In this document: positions 25,973 through 38,386 of the stretch, piece by piece
Position numbering within the stretch: position 1 is the stretch's first letter
Layout of the letters: each line of letters starts with the position of its first letter
Source: Octopus bimaculoides
Lineage: Eukaryota
Length of the DNA stretch: 64,000 bases
Direction of reading: 5' to 3'
NCBI RefSeq assembly: GCF_001194135.2
Contig: NC_068984.1
Coordinates: 76,221,112 to 76,285,111, forward strand
Program-made: the position numbers and the translations under genes
The notes under the pieces: model-generated
Told to the model about the DNA's origin: nothing
Seen by the model: the letters and a program-made list of their open reading frames with translations, nothing else
The model's database searches: none

Positions 25973-26760
25973 TATCATCGTCATCATCATTTAATGTCCA
26001 TTGTCCATGCTGGTATGAGTTGGACGGTTTGACCAGGCTGGCACGTTGGAAGCCTGCACCAGACTCCAGTCTGATTTGGCATGGTTTTCTATGGTTGGAT
26101 GCCCTTCCTAACACCAGCCACTCTAAGAGTGTTATGGGTGCTTTTATGTGCCACCAGCACAGGGGCTATTTGCATGACACTGGGGTGCTTTTATGTGCCA
26201 CCTGCATGGGTGCCATTTGCATGACACTAGTATTTACCATGACTGCGATTTTGCTCGACTTGGTGAGTCTTTTTCACAAGCAAGACATAATGCCAAAGGT
26301 CTTGGTCATTGCCTCTGTGAGGTTCAACACTCGAAAGGAACTCACCTACTTTGCCTCCATGAGGCCCAGTACTTGAAAAGAACTCAGCTATTTTGCTGAC
26401 TTCATTACTTCCAAGCCTGCGCATATCCTTAGCTGTCACAGCCCATGTTTCAGTGCCATGCAGCATAGCTGTTCACACACAGGCATCAAACAATCTGCCT
26501 TTCGCTCTGAGAGAGAGGCCCTTTGTTGCCAGCAGGGGTAGGAGCTCTCTAAACTTTGGCCAGCCTAAACTTATTCTCACAGCTAAGCTTTCATAGCATC
26601 CACCTCCACTACTAACTTGGTCACCTAGATAACGGAAGCTATCTACTACTTCTGGCTTGCTCCCCTGACAGTTGATGGAATCTCTTTTCTGCACATTTTC
26701 ATCATTTATTGTACCTATGCATCTTCCACATAGTGTCCAAAGCTTACACTGAGTGCATCC
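25973..26760 (-). mobile_element. 5'-truncated RTE-clade LINE (ORF C-terminus, 3'UTR, (GAT)n tail)
   Basis: ORFs EVVDSFRYLGDQVSSGGGC...GWPKFRELLPLL...KGRLFDACV and MLHGTETWAVTAKDMRRL; tail GGAAGGGCATCCAACC...GGACATTAAATGATGATG. Confidence 0.85.
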
Positions 26761-27550
26761 TATGGAGTTTCTACCTTATGGAGCTTTGAGCAGGGCCATC
26801 TACCTGAAGGGATTTGTGATTTGTCTACCTTCCTACTTCCTACTTTGGTTTTATATATATATATGTGTGTGTGTGGTTGACTGTTGCTACTGAAAGGGAG
26901 AGGATTGCTTTAAACATAGAGAGTACATATCTTTCTATATAATTATTTTTTTGTGCATTTCACTTGGAAACAGGTGAAAGTTGACACAGGAAAGGCATCC
27001 ACTTGTAGAAAATCTACCTCAACAAATTCAATCTGACCCATGTGAGCATAGAAAAGTGGACATTAAAACAACGATGAGAATATGATGATGATGATGATGA
27101 TGACGACGACGACGATTGTTTGTGTGCGTGTGTGTGTGTGTGTGTGTTTGTTTTGATCTTTGGGATCAGAAAGTATTTATTATCTATGGACAGATGGCAG
27201 AATCAGTAGTACTAGATAAAATACTTTGTATTGTATTTGATTATGCTCTTTTATATTCTGAGTTCAACTCCTATCCAGGCTGCCTTTGCCTTCATCCTTC
27301 CAAAATCGATAAAATAAGTAGTAGTAATATACTCTAGTGTACAAGGAGATTGATATCATTAATTGTACCCTTGAAGGTAATGGATGTCCTGTCACTGAAT
27401 GAATAAAATAAGTCAATATGACATCCATAAGCTATGCACAAATCAATAGGGTCTTTTTTTTTTTTTTTGCTGATAACAATTATGAGCCACCATAAATTGA
27501 CTTAATCTCCTCAATTTGATCTCCATTTTTTGTATATTATTGATTCGTTA

Positions 27551-27850
27551 TTACAAACCAAGCAATAAGGCAGAATGGTGATTCAGATATATCTCCAAGA
27601 GGAAGAGTATGACCTCATTATTACTTTGATAGTTGGTGTGGGCTACTAAGATCACATGACATCCAATTTTAGGTCCTTGTTTGCATTTAGCAGAATTCAC
27701 TCTATTGCAAGCATTTGGACCAAACTCCTGCAATTTTTTCTTGTTGGCATTAGTCTACAGATGTTTGGGCTGAGTATTAGACATTGTAGTCTCACCAGTA
27801 AAAGGAGGGCTTGAGTAGATCCTAGGATTTCTCCATCTCCTCTGATTAAT
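27551..27850 (-). mobile_element. Old RTE-like LINE relic
   Basis: NACNRVNSAKCKQGPKIGCHV resembles the RTE 'EVNCRIAKASxAFGRL' segment; heavily decayed. Confidence 0.4.
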
Positions 27851-28474
27851 TTTAGATATGATGTTCTGACTTCTCTGTTAATTGTGCAATATCTTGTTTA
27901 TTCAACTACTCTCACTCTGAGTAGCAGAATGGATAAATGCTTGGTTCATGAGTTCAAAATATGTGCGGGCATAGCTTTGTGATTAAGTTATTCACCTTGC
28001 AGCTACATAGTTTTGAATTTGATTCAGCAATGCATTACTTTGGGCAAGTGTTTGGATTGATGAACACTTTGTTGAAGGTAAAATTTGGTAGACAGAAACT
28101 GTGTGAAAACCTATTGAAGGAACCATTCCTTGAAGATGGATTTAATTCATCTCCCTATTAAACACCATCTCCTATGTAAGGTACTTTCTCTTGCAGTCAT
28201 TCAGGCTATGTTTCCAGTCTGGGGCTTAGCATCATCTCTTCTTTCCACCAGTTTCTGATGTCACAGAAAGTGTCATTGGGGATACCTCCCCCTCTGATTA
28301 AGTAGCAAAAAAATAAATAAATAGATAGATAAATGATCCTTTGCAGATGTTTATCCCTTTAACATTCACATTGCTCTGTCAAATGTCACGATTATTTGTT
28401 TTGAATTAATCATGCATTATCTTGTATCTTTGACATTTCATTGATGTGATTGTTTATTTTTACAATGACAAAAT

Positions 28475-28830
28475 GCACCATTTTGAGCATGACCGTTGCC
28501 AGTACCGCCTGACTGGCCTTCGTAGGGTTTTCGAGCGAGATCGTTGCCAGTGCCCCTGGACTGGCTCTTGTGCAGGTGGCACATAAAAGACACCATTTTC
28601 GAGCGTGGCCGTTGCCAGTACCGCCTGACTGGCCTTCGTGCGGGTGACACGTAAAAGCACCCACTACACTCTCTGAGTGGTTGGCGTTAGGAAGGGTATC
28701 CAGCTGTAGAAACTCAGCCAAATTAGATTGGAGCCTGGTGTTGCCATCCGGTTTCACCAGTCCTCAGTCAAATCGTCCAACCCATGCTAGCATGAAAAGC
28801 GGATGTTAAACGATGATGATGATGATGATG
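28475..28830 (+). mobile_element. RTE-tail SINE-like repeat with an internal duplicated unit
   Basis: CCGTTGCCAGTACCGCCTGACTGGCCTTCGT occurs twice; ends GGATGTTAAACGATGATGAT; near-identical to 61583-61878 on the opposite strand. Confidence 0.85.
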
Positions 28831-30712
28831 ATTGTAGGGTAGACATGAGAAGCTAGATCTGGCCAGTTGCAATGTAAAACAGGTAGAATATGGCTGATTT
28901 AAATTTTAAAGGGTTAAACTCTGGTTTTGAGCAGATACCTAAATGTAGCTGTCAGAAACTGGGCCCAGAACATCTGGGAAAGAACTAGCTGCATTAGACT
29001 TAATTTGTGTATTGTTCAGTGTGTTTAGAGATATGTGTCTCTCGTCTGCTTAATATTTCAGAAGATTGTATAAAGTCACTCGCAGTTCTAGCTGCTCAAG
29101 GGAAAGAGCCTCATTAATCGATGAAGGAGACTTTACTAAATTGCTTGACTTGATTTGCTAGAAATAACACTCAGATCTGCCCCAAATCATATTTAACAGT
29201 CTTAAAAATAGAAAGTGCACAACATTGTTCTAGATACATTATCCTTAAAATAATAAATAAGTGCCTTTAGTCATAGGTCTGTTTGATCATTAATGACCTA
29301 GGGATAAGCACTAATAGCAACATCTATGCTGTCATTTTTAATCGGTTAGAAATAGCAGCCAGATCTCTTTCAGAACACCTTAAATAACAAAAGGACACAT
29401 TGTATAATGTCTGATAAGCCCCTAAAAAGACAGAATGATCAACTGGAATGCCCTGAATTACAGTTCTGTTTGATGAAGGTTTCCCTCGGCAGCTGAACAA
29501 AAACAACAATTTTGACTTTTAACTTTCTTTTTAGTTCTGAATATCATCATCAAGTGTTTGACCCTTGTTGATGTTAGGTCTATGTCAATCTTCATCTAGC
29601 AGTTTTATGATCAAAGACATTCTAAATATGATCAGGCCATCAATTTCTATATGACAAGCTACATTGTTTGCGCTCTTTGTTTGTTTGTTTCTTTCTTTTG
29701 TTATTTATTTTACATAGAAAAAGGGGGAACAGCATCCATTATCATCTTTGAGGCTTCTGAGACCGAGGGGAAGAAGGAAGGAAATTATCCTTAGGTTGGA
29801 CACCTTGGATCTAGTTTTTTCTATTCACAAAATATGCATTTTTTAAAAGACACTAAAAAATCTGAAAATTGGCTTTAATAGTAAAGTTTTCCAGTCTAAT
29901 TGCTATGAAGGTATGGTGTTGTGGAGATAAAAATTGGAGGAAAAAGTTACAGAGGTTTAAAAATCAAAACATAGTGTATTTTTAGCCAAATAGCAAGACA
30001 GAAATTTTCTGCGTTTAGCAGAGTGATGTCAACTTTAAGGCTGTACCCTGTGAAATTTATGGTTTAGCATCTGTGAAATGACCTCTTCATTGTAGCTTTC
30101 TAAATAAACAAAAATACCTAATAAAATCAACATGTATCATCTTACTGTTTCTTTTGTCTCTTCATTGATTGTAGGTTTTTATTATTTTTTTAATTTGTTA
30201 TATTAATATATTTGTCTGCATATGTTTACTTTATGCATATTTCAGTATTATGTATACCTGTCATGTATTTGTGTACATCATTAATATTTTAGTGTGTGTG
30301 TGTGAGAGAGAGAAAAGGAGGCATTTGTCTCCAAAACTTCAAAGTAGAGTAATGTTTTCATGTTTGGATTTGTAAACTATGATAAGAATAACACTGGTCA
30401 ACAATTTATTCCAAGAAAAAGAATGCCTGTGTCTCATATGTTGGTGCATACACAATTAAAAAATAATGTCAAGTTATCTTTACTAAGTTCACATATTCCA
30501 TTCACCTTCATTGTGCCAAGAAACTGTATTAACATTGCAAGCAACTTTTGCTATATATGGAAAATATGTAAAATATTAAGACAATTGATGAAAATATCTA
30601 TAATAGAATTGTAATTGATAAATATAAACTTTTATTAAAACAAAACACGCAGGTGAAGTAAATCTCAGTGTGAAGAATCAACACAAGCAGGTGAAACACA
30701 ATGCAACGTACG

Positions 30713-30758
30713 GTTGTCATGGTAACAAGCTGTTAATATCTCACTGATTGTTGATTGG
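30713..30758. promoter_or_regulatory. RFX X-box plus reverse CCAAT box
   Basis: GTTGTCATGGTAAC (30713-30726) fits the X-box consensus; GATTGGCT with ATTGG at 30754-30758. Motif match only. Confidence 0.35.
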
Positions 30759-30780
30759 CTAAAATTACCCAAATTTACTC

Positions 30781-31038
30781 TCTTTACTCTTTTACTTGTT
30801 TCAGTCATCTGACTGTGGCCATGCTGGAGCACCGCCTTTAGTCGAGCAAATCGACCCCAGGACTTATTCTTTGGAAGCCTAGTACTTATTCTATTGGTCT
30901 CTTTTGCTGAACCGCTAAGTTACGGGGATGTAAACACACCACCATCGGTTGTCAAGCGATGTTGTGGGGGACAAACACAGACACAGAAACATATACACAC
31001 ACATACATATGTATACACACACACACACACACATATAT
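30781..31038 (-). mobile_element. Low-divergence CORE-like SINE 3' half with (TTTACTC)n end, running into a gap
   Basis: CTTGTTTCAGTCAT...GGCCATGCTGGAGCACCGCCTTTAGTCGAGCAAATCGACCCCAGGAC; related to 36105-36290 and 48640-48830. Confidence 0.85.
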
Positions 31039-31592
31039 NNNNNNNNNNNNNNNNNNNNNNNNNNNNNNNNNNNNNNNNNNNNNNNNNNNNNNNNNNNNNN
31101 NNNNNNNNNNNNNNNNNNNNNNNNNNNNNNNNNNNNNNNNNNNNNNNNNNNNNNNNNNNNNNNNNNNNNNNNNNNNNNNNNNNNNNNNNNNNNNNNNNNN
31201 NNNNNNNNNNNNNNNNNNNNNNNNNNNNNNNNNNNNNNNNNNNNNNNNNNNNNNNNNNNNNNNNNNNNNNNNNNNNNNNNNNNNNNNNNNNNNNNNNNNN
31301 NNNNNNNNNNNNNNNNNNNNNNNNNNNNNNNNNNNNNNNNNNNNNNNNNNNNNNNNNNNNNNNNNNNNNNNNNNNNNNNNNNNNNNNNNNNNNNNNNNNN
31401 NNNNNATTTTAGTTCCAAATAACCTCAGATTCCTTAATTTACGAGATAAAGTAATTGGTTGATCGTAATCAAGATTCAGAGTTGTATTGATACACCAAAA
31501 CTGAAAGCAATCTGAGCGAAATTAAAGGGGGCTCATTTTGCGAATCAGAAAAACTAGATCCGACACCTTGTCATAAATACTTGCAATAAAGT

Positions 31593-31785
31593 TACAGGTA
31601 AGGAAATAATTTTATTTTCAAATGCTAATAATATAGCATGAACAGGATAAACAGTCCATATTTTGCAGAAAAATCTGTCGGTGGCCAGCCATGAGACTCA
31701 AACTCACATCCCTGTGATTACCCGTCAAGTGCTTTATTATTAGCATTATCCTGCGTTTGAAAATAAAATTATTTCCTTACCTGTA
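31593..31785. mobile_element. Inverted-repeat element (30-bp perfect TIR) with a tRNA-like core
   Basis: TACAGGTAAGGAAATAATTTTATTTTCAAA (31593-31622) is the exact reverse complement of 31756-31785. The minus-strand core has a T-arm GTGAG-TTTGAGT-CTCAT. Confidence 0.8.
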
Positions 31786-32269
31786 TCTTTCAGTGCATCG
31801 CAATGCTTCTAAAGCAAACTTTGTTTGTTGACTTTCAACGTAAGTTGAACTTGCAATAAAGTGTACTTAAAGTCAGCCAAGGAACTTTTAAGACTAGTGT
31901 GTATTTTGAGGGAAAGTTGACTGCTCTTTTGAGCAGGCCAATAAACCACATCATAGAGCCTCTCTTCTTAGGTTAGGTTCATTCCTATTATGTAATATAC
32001 AGCTAAATCAAAAGTTCAGCTGATTTGTAAGGGCAACATTTGCAGTCAGTCATTCAGCAGATGAAGAGCTGAATAGACACACCTGGAAAACAGATGTTCT
32101 TATAGTCTGACTTTTCTGTATGCATATCTAACCTATATCTTGTGTGGAAATACGAAAATAAAAATCAGTGATGATGGATATTATGTAGATAATCTCCCTC
32201 CTTCCATCACACACTCTCTTTTCCTCCCTATATAAATTTGTATGTCTGCCTTCTCTGTCTCTATCTCTT

Positions 32270-32328
<59 letters not shown>

Positions 32329-32934
32329 CATCTCTCACACACATGTGCATGCATGTGTGTGTGTGTGTGTGTGTGTGTGNNNNNNNNNNNNNNNNNNNNN
32401 NNNNNNNNNNNNNNNNNNNNNNNNNNNNNNNNNNNNNNNNNNNNNNNNNNNNNNNNNNNNNNNNNNNNNNNNNNNNNNNNNNNNNNNNNNNNNNNNNNNN
32501 NNNNNNNNNNNNNNNNNNNNNNNNNNNNNNNNNNNNNNNNNNNNNNNNNNNNNNNNNNNNNNNNNNNNNNNNNNNNNNNNNNNNNNNNNNNNNNNNNNNN
32601 NNNNNNNNNNNNNNNNNNNNNNNNNNNNNNNNNNNNNNNNNNNNNNNNNNNNNNNNNNNNNNNNNNNNNNNNNNNNNNNNNNNNNNNNNNNNNNNNNNNN
32701 NNNNNNNNNNNNNNNNNNNNNNNNNNNNNNNNNNNNNNNNNNNNNNNNNNNNNNNNNNNNNNNNNNNNNNNNNNNNNNNNNNNNNNNNNNNNNNNNNNNN
32801 NNNNNNNNNNNNNNNNNNNNNNNNNNNNNNNNNNNNNNNNNNNNNNNNNNNNNNNNNNNNNNNNNNNNNNNNNNNNNNNNNNNNNNNNNNNNNNNNNNNN
32901 NNNNNNNNNNNNNNNNNNNNNNNNNNNNNNNNNN

Positions 32935-33171
32935 CTGCTGTACTCTTTCACCACAACTTTCTCTCACTCTTACTTCCTATTTCTGTTGTGCCTGTAATTC
33001 AAAGGGTCAGCCTTGTCACACTGTGTCACGCTGATTATCCCCGAGAACTATGTTAAGGGTACACGTGTCTGTGGAGTGCTCAACCACTTGCACGTTAATT
33101 TCACGAGCAGGCTGTTCCGTTGATCGGATCAACTGGAACCCTCGACGTCGTAAGCAACGGAGTGCCAACAA
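32935..33171 (+). mobile_element. 3' part of the tRNA-derived SINE seen at 286-669; head lost in the gap
   Basis: Near-identical to the reverse complement of 286-530. Confidence 0.9.
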
Positions 33172-33314
33172 TTGGAATTATCAGTGTTGCTTGTAGTTTT
33201 CAGATTTCTCAGTTAACAGTGATACAACAGAAGCATGCTGGGCCAATAACCCCAGAGATCCATCAATCAAAACAATGTAATAAAGATATCTAATATATGC
33301 AAGCATAGCTAATT

Positions 33315-33710
33315 GGCACAGGCATGTTCATGTGGTTAAGAAGCTTGCTTTTTAAGCAAATGGTTGGGGGTTCATTCCCACTGTGTGACACCTTGTGAAA
33401 TTATCTTGTACAGTGCCTTTTAAGGGAATTTGGTTGGTAGAAACTGTGTGGAAGCTTTTTGTGTGTGTGTGTGTGTGTGTGTGGTGGGGAATAAGTGTAT
33501 CTTTATGTTTGTCCCTCCCCACTGCTTAACAACTAGTCTTGGTTTGTTTTTTTTTACATCCCTGTAACTTAGTGGTTTGACAAAGGAGATCCCTTGAATA
33601 AGTACCAAACTTAGAAATAAGTACTGGGGTTGATTTGTTCAACTAAGCCCTTCAAGGCAGTTCCTTAGCATATCTGCAATTCAATGATTGAAACAAGTAA
33701 GAAAAAAAAA
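33315..33710 (+). mobile_element. CORE-like SINE, full length with an internal (GT)n
   Basis: GGCATGTTCATGTGGTTAAGAAGCTTGC...GGGTTCATTCCCACTGTGTGACACC...ATTGAAACAAGTAAGAAAA. Confidence 0.8.
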
Positions 33711-34369
33711 AAAGAAAGAAGTTTTCAACTCACTACATTTAAATATATAAAAACTCTATTATATGCATATTTAGCATGCAGATCACTTTCCTGACGTATT
33801 TTTTCCTCTGCTCTCTTGTTCACACGCACTCGTATGTTGTATGTATGTTTCTATGGTTGTATACATGCAAAAACTTTAAGGCATTAAATACACTCTTCAA
33901 AGAGGAAATGTTGATAGAGTATTGGCAGTTGGTGTATGTTTATTCAGATCTGTTCAGTTTTAAGGGTGAATGCCCTTCTTGTGACTAGCCCACACCTGTC
34001 TTGAAACTAGGTAATATTTCTCATGGCCAGACATATTTTCCACAGATGACTGAAAACATCACAGTGATGTTCATTTATAACCTTCACATATTGTCAAGAC
34101 AAGGGTGCATACTATGAGCTTCTTTCAGTTTCTGTCTATGAAACATTCACAAGGTTTTCATTGGGAAGCAAGCTTCATAACCACATAGTTACACTTGAGC
34201 CTATATATATATATATTTATTATAGATACAGTTGCCTTTAGAATCAAACTGTTCCATCGGTTGCAAAATTTAAAATCTCTGTATTGAATTTTCTTGTTTC
34301 ATTCTGCGTTGCTATAAATATTCTCTTCCTTCAAAGATTTATTGTATTTCTATCAAAATATCTGGTAGA

Positions 34370-34489
34370 ATATCACCTGAAGAAATGGAATGGTTATGTA
34401 ACAGGATGAATTTATATTATGTTTTGTTCCAAGTTATTTAATACTGTCATATTTGGAAGAAACCATATTATTGAAACGTGTAGTGATGT
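34370..34489 (+). ncRNA. Candidate type I hammerhead ribozyme with a long stem II
   Basis: AUAUCAC-CUGAAGA-[stem II arms 34384-34395 and 34461-34472, 11 of 12 paired including G-U]-GAAAC-GU-GUA-GUGAUGU; 7-bp stem I. Confidence 0.45.
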
Positions 34490-35113
34490 TTTGATCTATC
34501 TGTTTCAGTGTGTGTGTGTGTGTGTGAGATNNNNNNNNNNNNNNNNNNNNNNNNNNNNNNNNNNNNNNNNNNNNNNNNNNNNNNNNNNNNNNNNNNNNNN
34601 NNNNNNNNNNNNNNNNNNNNNNNNNNNNNNNNNNNNNNNNGTGTGTGTGTGTGTATAAATATGTGTGTGTGTGTGTGTATAAATATGTGTGTGTGTGTGT
34701 GTATAAATATGTGTGTGTGTGTGTGTGTGTGTAAATATGTGTGTGTGTGTGTGTGTGTAAATATGTATGTCTCTGTGTGTGTCTGTGTATCTACATGTGT
34801 TTTTGAGTGCATGTGTACATGTATATATACATATATTTCTACTGTTAGATCTAATTACCTTTTGGATATACACTTTTTATACACATCTGTATTGGCTTTC
34901 CCCTATATATATATGCATGAGTGTAATTCTTTTCCCAAATAAATTGCACTTCATATTCAAGACTCTGATAAAGCGATAAGGTGTTATTCAGGCACTAAAC
35001 TACGAGTCCACTGCATCTTATAGCAGAAACATTTGTAAGCTAATGAAATTCATAAGATGATTGTTTATTCCTTTATCATCTCATTTTCTTTTATACATGC
35101 ACACACATACACA

Positions 35114-35187
<74 letters not shown>

Positions 35188-36104
35188 CTTTACATACAGT
35201 AAACATAAAAAAATACAGTAGTCTGATTTGAGAGAAAAATTTGGTTGCTATTTGTGTTTTTCCAGCAGGTTGACAACTGACCACATAGATCTCATTTTAG
35301 CTCATTAAATTTGCATTAGTTTGGTTTGCTTTGTTTCATTTTATTTATTTATTGATTTACTTTTATCTTCCTGCTTTTATTTCGTGAGAAACCGGCTGAA
35401 TGAGAATAAAGAATTAGACGTACATCATTTTGTAACTAACATTTCAGGCCTTATGTTTGCTTAGTTTCAAACAATTTTTCTGGGGAGAAAAGGAAAAAAA
35501 AATGTAAATGAGATGAAGCAGTGGACAAAGGTTATGATATTACCGGGTATATAGGAGTTGAGTAGGTGGAATTAATCTATGTTTTCAATCTAATTTGTTA
35601 TGTTCTGTAGTGTAACTTTTTTTTTTTATGTATGCATAACTATGTGTACATGTATACAAACACAAGCACTGAAAAATGTATGAATGTGTTGATGTAATGT
35701 TAAGAATATAATGTGAGTCTGAACGAAGTTATGCACACAAATGAAAACTTGTAAATATATACACACATACATGTATACATACACACATTACACATACATG
35801 TACACACATGCCCACAGACAGATGGTTAATATTTGTTGTGTTATAAAAAAGTAGAACATAAAAATACTCTAAACATGCTTTTATAAATTATGAAAAATTG
35901 AATATAACACAAAGAACAAGTTTGTCAATGTGTGTGTACATGTATATTCACTGACAAACTTGTATGTGCATGCTTGCATATTTCTTTCTCCTAATACTGA
36001 TGTCAGTTTCTAAGAAAAAAACGGTTTTATTCAAATTTAGACATCAATACCATTTACAAGTAGGTAGAAAAGTATGCATGTACATGTGTATGTTGGCTGA
36101 AAAT

Positions 36105-36470
36105 TGTATCTTTTATTTGTTTCAGTCTTTGGACTGCAGTCATGCTGGGGCACTGCCTTAAGGGGTTTTAGTCAAATAAAATGACCCGAGTACCCATTTT
36201 CTAAGCTTGGTACTTATTCTGTTGGTCTTTTTTACTGAAATGCTAAGTTGCAGGGATGTAAACAAACCAACATTAGTTTTCACACATATGTATATACAAT
36301 AGGCTTCTTTCAGTTTCCATCCACCAAATCCACTTGCAAGGCTTTGGTCAGTCTGGAGCTACAGTAGAAGACACTTGCCCAAGGTGCCATGCAGTGGGAC
36401 TGAACCCGGAACCATATGTGGTTGGGAAGCATACTTCTTGCCACACAGCCATGCCTATATATGTATATAA
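36105..36470 (-). mobile_element. CORE-like SINE, full length
   Basis: Reverse copy ending GTGGGACTGAACCCGGAACCAT...TTGCCACACAGCCATGCCT. Confidence 0.85.
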
Positions 36471-36933
36471 GTTGAAAAATATGTGTGATGTCAGTAGGTA
36501 GAACAATATGCTCAAATATGAGACAAAATAATCTGAAAGAGACTGAGTGTCAACAGTTTTGCTCACCCTGCTAGAAAAAGCAGCCAAATCTCCTGCAAAC
36601 CACGCTTTACCATCTTAAGAAAGAAAAGACATTAAATAATGTAGTCCATATTATACCATACTACAAAATATATCCAACACTGTATGTAGAGTCAGATATA
36701 AACACCTTGTCTTTATATAGGATTTTCTTTGTGGACAAAAACAGGAGGAATCAGTTGAACTAGTTTCAACCCTGAGTTTGGATTTCATCAATCACTAAAC
36801 ATTGTCTTTGACTGTCTTATTAAGTGCTAACTGAACAGTAATTTGCACATGTATTTTATTCTTAGTAACTAGTTAAATTATGAGTGAGTTTACAATGTTT
36901 CCATATTCAATACTTTACTGTATGTACTATTTG

Positions 36934-37027
<94 letters not shown>

Positions 37028-37901
37028 CATATATATACCATCATCCTTTAATGTTCGTTTTCTATGGGTTGAATGGTTTGACCAGAGCTAACGAGCTGGG
37101 AAGTTGTATCAGGTTCCAGTTTGATTTGGCATGGTTTCTACAGCTGGATGCTTTTCATAATGCCAACCGCTCCATGGTGTGTGCTGGGCACTTTTAACAT
37201 GTCACTGGCACAAGCACTTTTACATGGCACTTGCACAACTGCTTTTTACATGGCACCAACACAAAACTCTTCTAGGCCAATCCTCTTCACCAGATGATAC
37301 AGCCTTAGCATTTCAGCTGTGGAGGACAGGTCAGTGTTGGCTAAAAATCTGTGGGCAATCAATTATATTTTATTTTGGCTATGAAATGTTTTGTGATAGC
37401 TATTTTGGTGCTGCCTGTTTGCTACCACTGATTCACTGCTGACTTATTTGACATCAGATGTTTTTTTTTTTTTGTTTCTCATGTTCTCTTTCCATCTCTC
37501 TTTCTCTCTTCTCATCTTTCTCTGTTTTATGTGGTTAAGCATTCAGTTAATAAATTTTAATCTCTTCCTCCCCCCCTCTCTCTCTATGTGTTACATTTCT
37601 GTACATGTATGAATTTATGTGAATGTGTGTGTTTGCCTCCAATTCCTAAAAGTACTGTCACCAAAACAGGTTGAATGTTCTGTCAGCCATGCCAAGTCAT
37701 CAGCATCCAAACAGCTGCACCCAATCATTTCATTCTGTGTTATTTAGCCCCTGGTCAGTCCTTATTGAGTAGATTTGTGATTAAAATATTCCAGCCATGA
37801 TTATCCTATTTATCAGCTTCTGAGACTCTATTATATATGTCCTTTCATTTTGTTAGAATGTACAAGTGTACATGGGGAGGAGATGAACATCTCATCTTCT
37901 T

Positions 37902-38386
37902 TTGTTAAATTTCGTCGCCCTTTCAAAGCCTAGCCAGGCTCATGGGCCCGGTTTCCCAGTTTCTATGGCGTATGTGTTCCCCCCAGCTGGACGGGACGCC
38001 AGTCCATCACAGCGTTACTCAAGAAACAGGAAGAAAGAGTGAGAGAAAGTTGGGGCAAAAGAGTACAACAGGAGTCGCCTCCACCCTCTGCCGAAGCCAC
38101 GTGGAGCTTAGGTGTTTTCACTCAATAAACACTCACAACACCCGNNNNNNNNNNCCCCCAGCTGGACGGGACGCCAGTCCATCACAGCGTTACTCAAGAA
38201 ACAGGAAGAAAGAGTGAGAGAAAGTTGGGGCAAAAGAGTACAACAGGAGTCGCCTCCACCCTCTGCCGAAGCCACGTGGAGCTTAGGTGTTTTCACTCAA
38301 TAAACACTCACAACACCCGGTCTGGGAATCGAATCCGTGATCCTCCGACCGCGAGTCCGCTGCCCTAACCACTGGGCCATTGCGCC
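37902..38386 (-). mobile_element. Young tRNA-derived SINE, same head as 286-669 but body type 2
   Basis: 12-bp TSD TCTCATCTTCTT (37890-37901, 38387-38398). Body contains GATGGACTGGCGTCCCGTCCAG. The internal duplication across the 10-N gap is likely an assembly artefact. Confidence 0.9.

Noticed and set aside
34641-34765. Regularly spaced TAAATAT units resembling a CRISPR-like array
   Set aside because: The spacers are only (GT)n; it is a compound microsatellite in eukaryotic DNA with no cas genes.
37980-38328. Direct duplication of about 165 bp inside the SINE
   Set aside because: Essentially identical copies on either side of a 10-N gap indicate an unmerged contig overlap. The same pattern occurs at 1157-1166.
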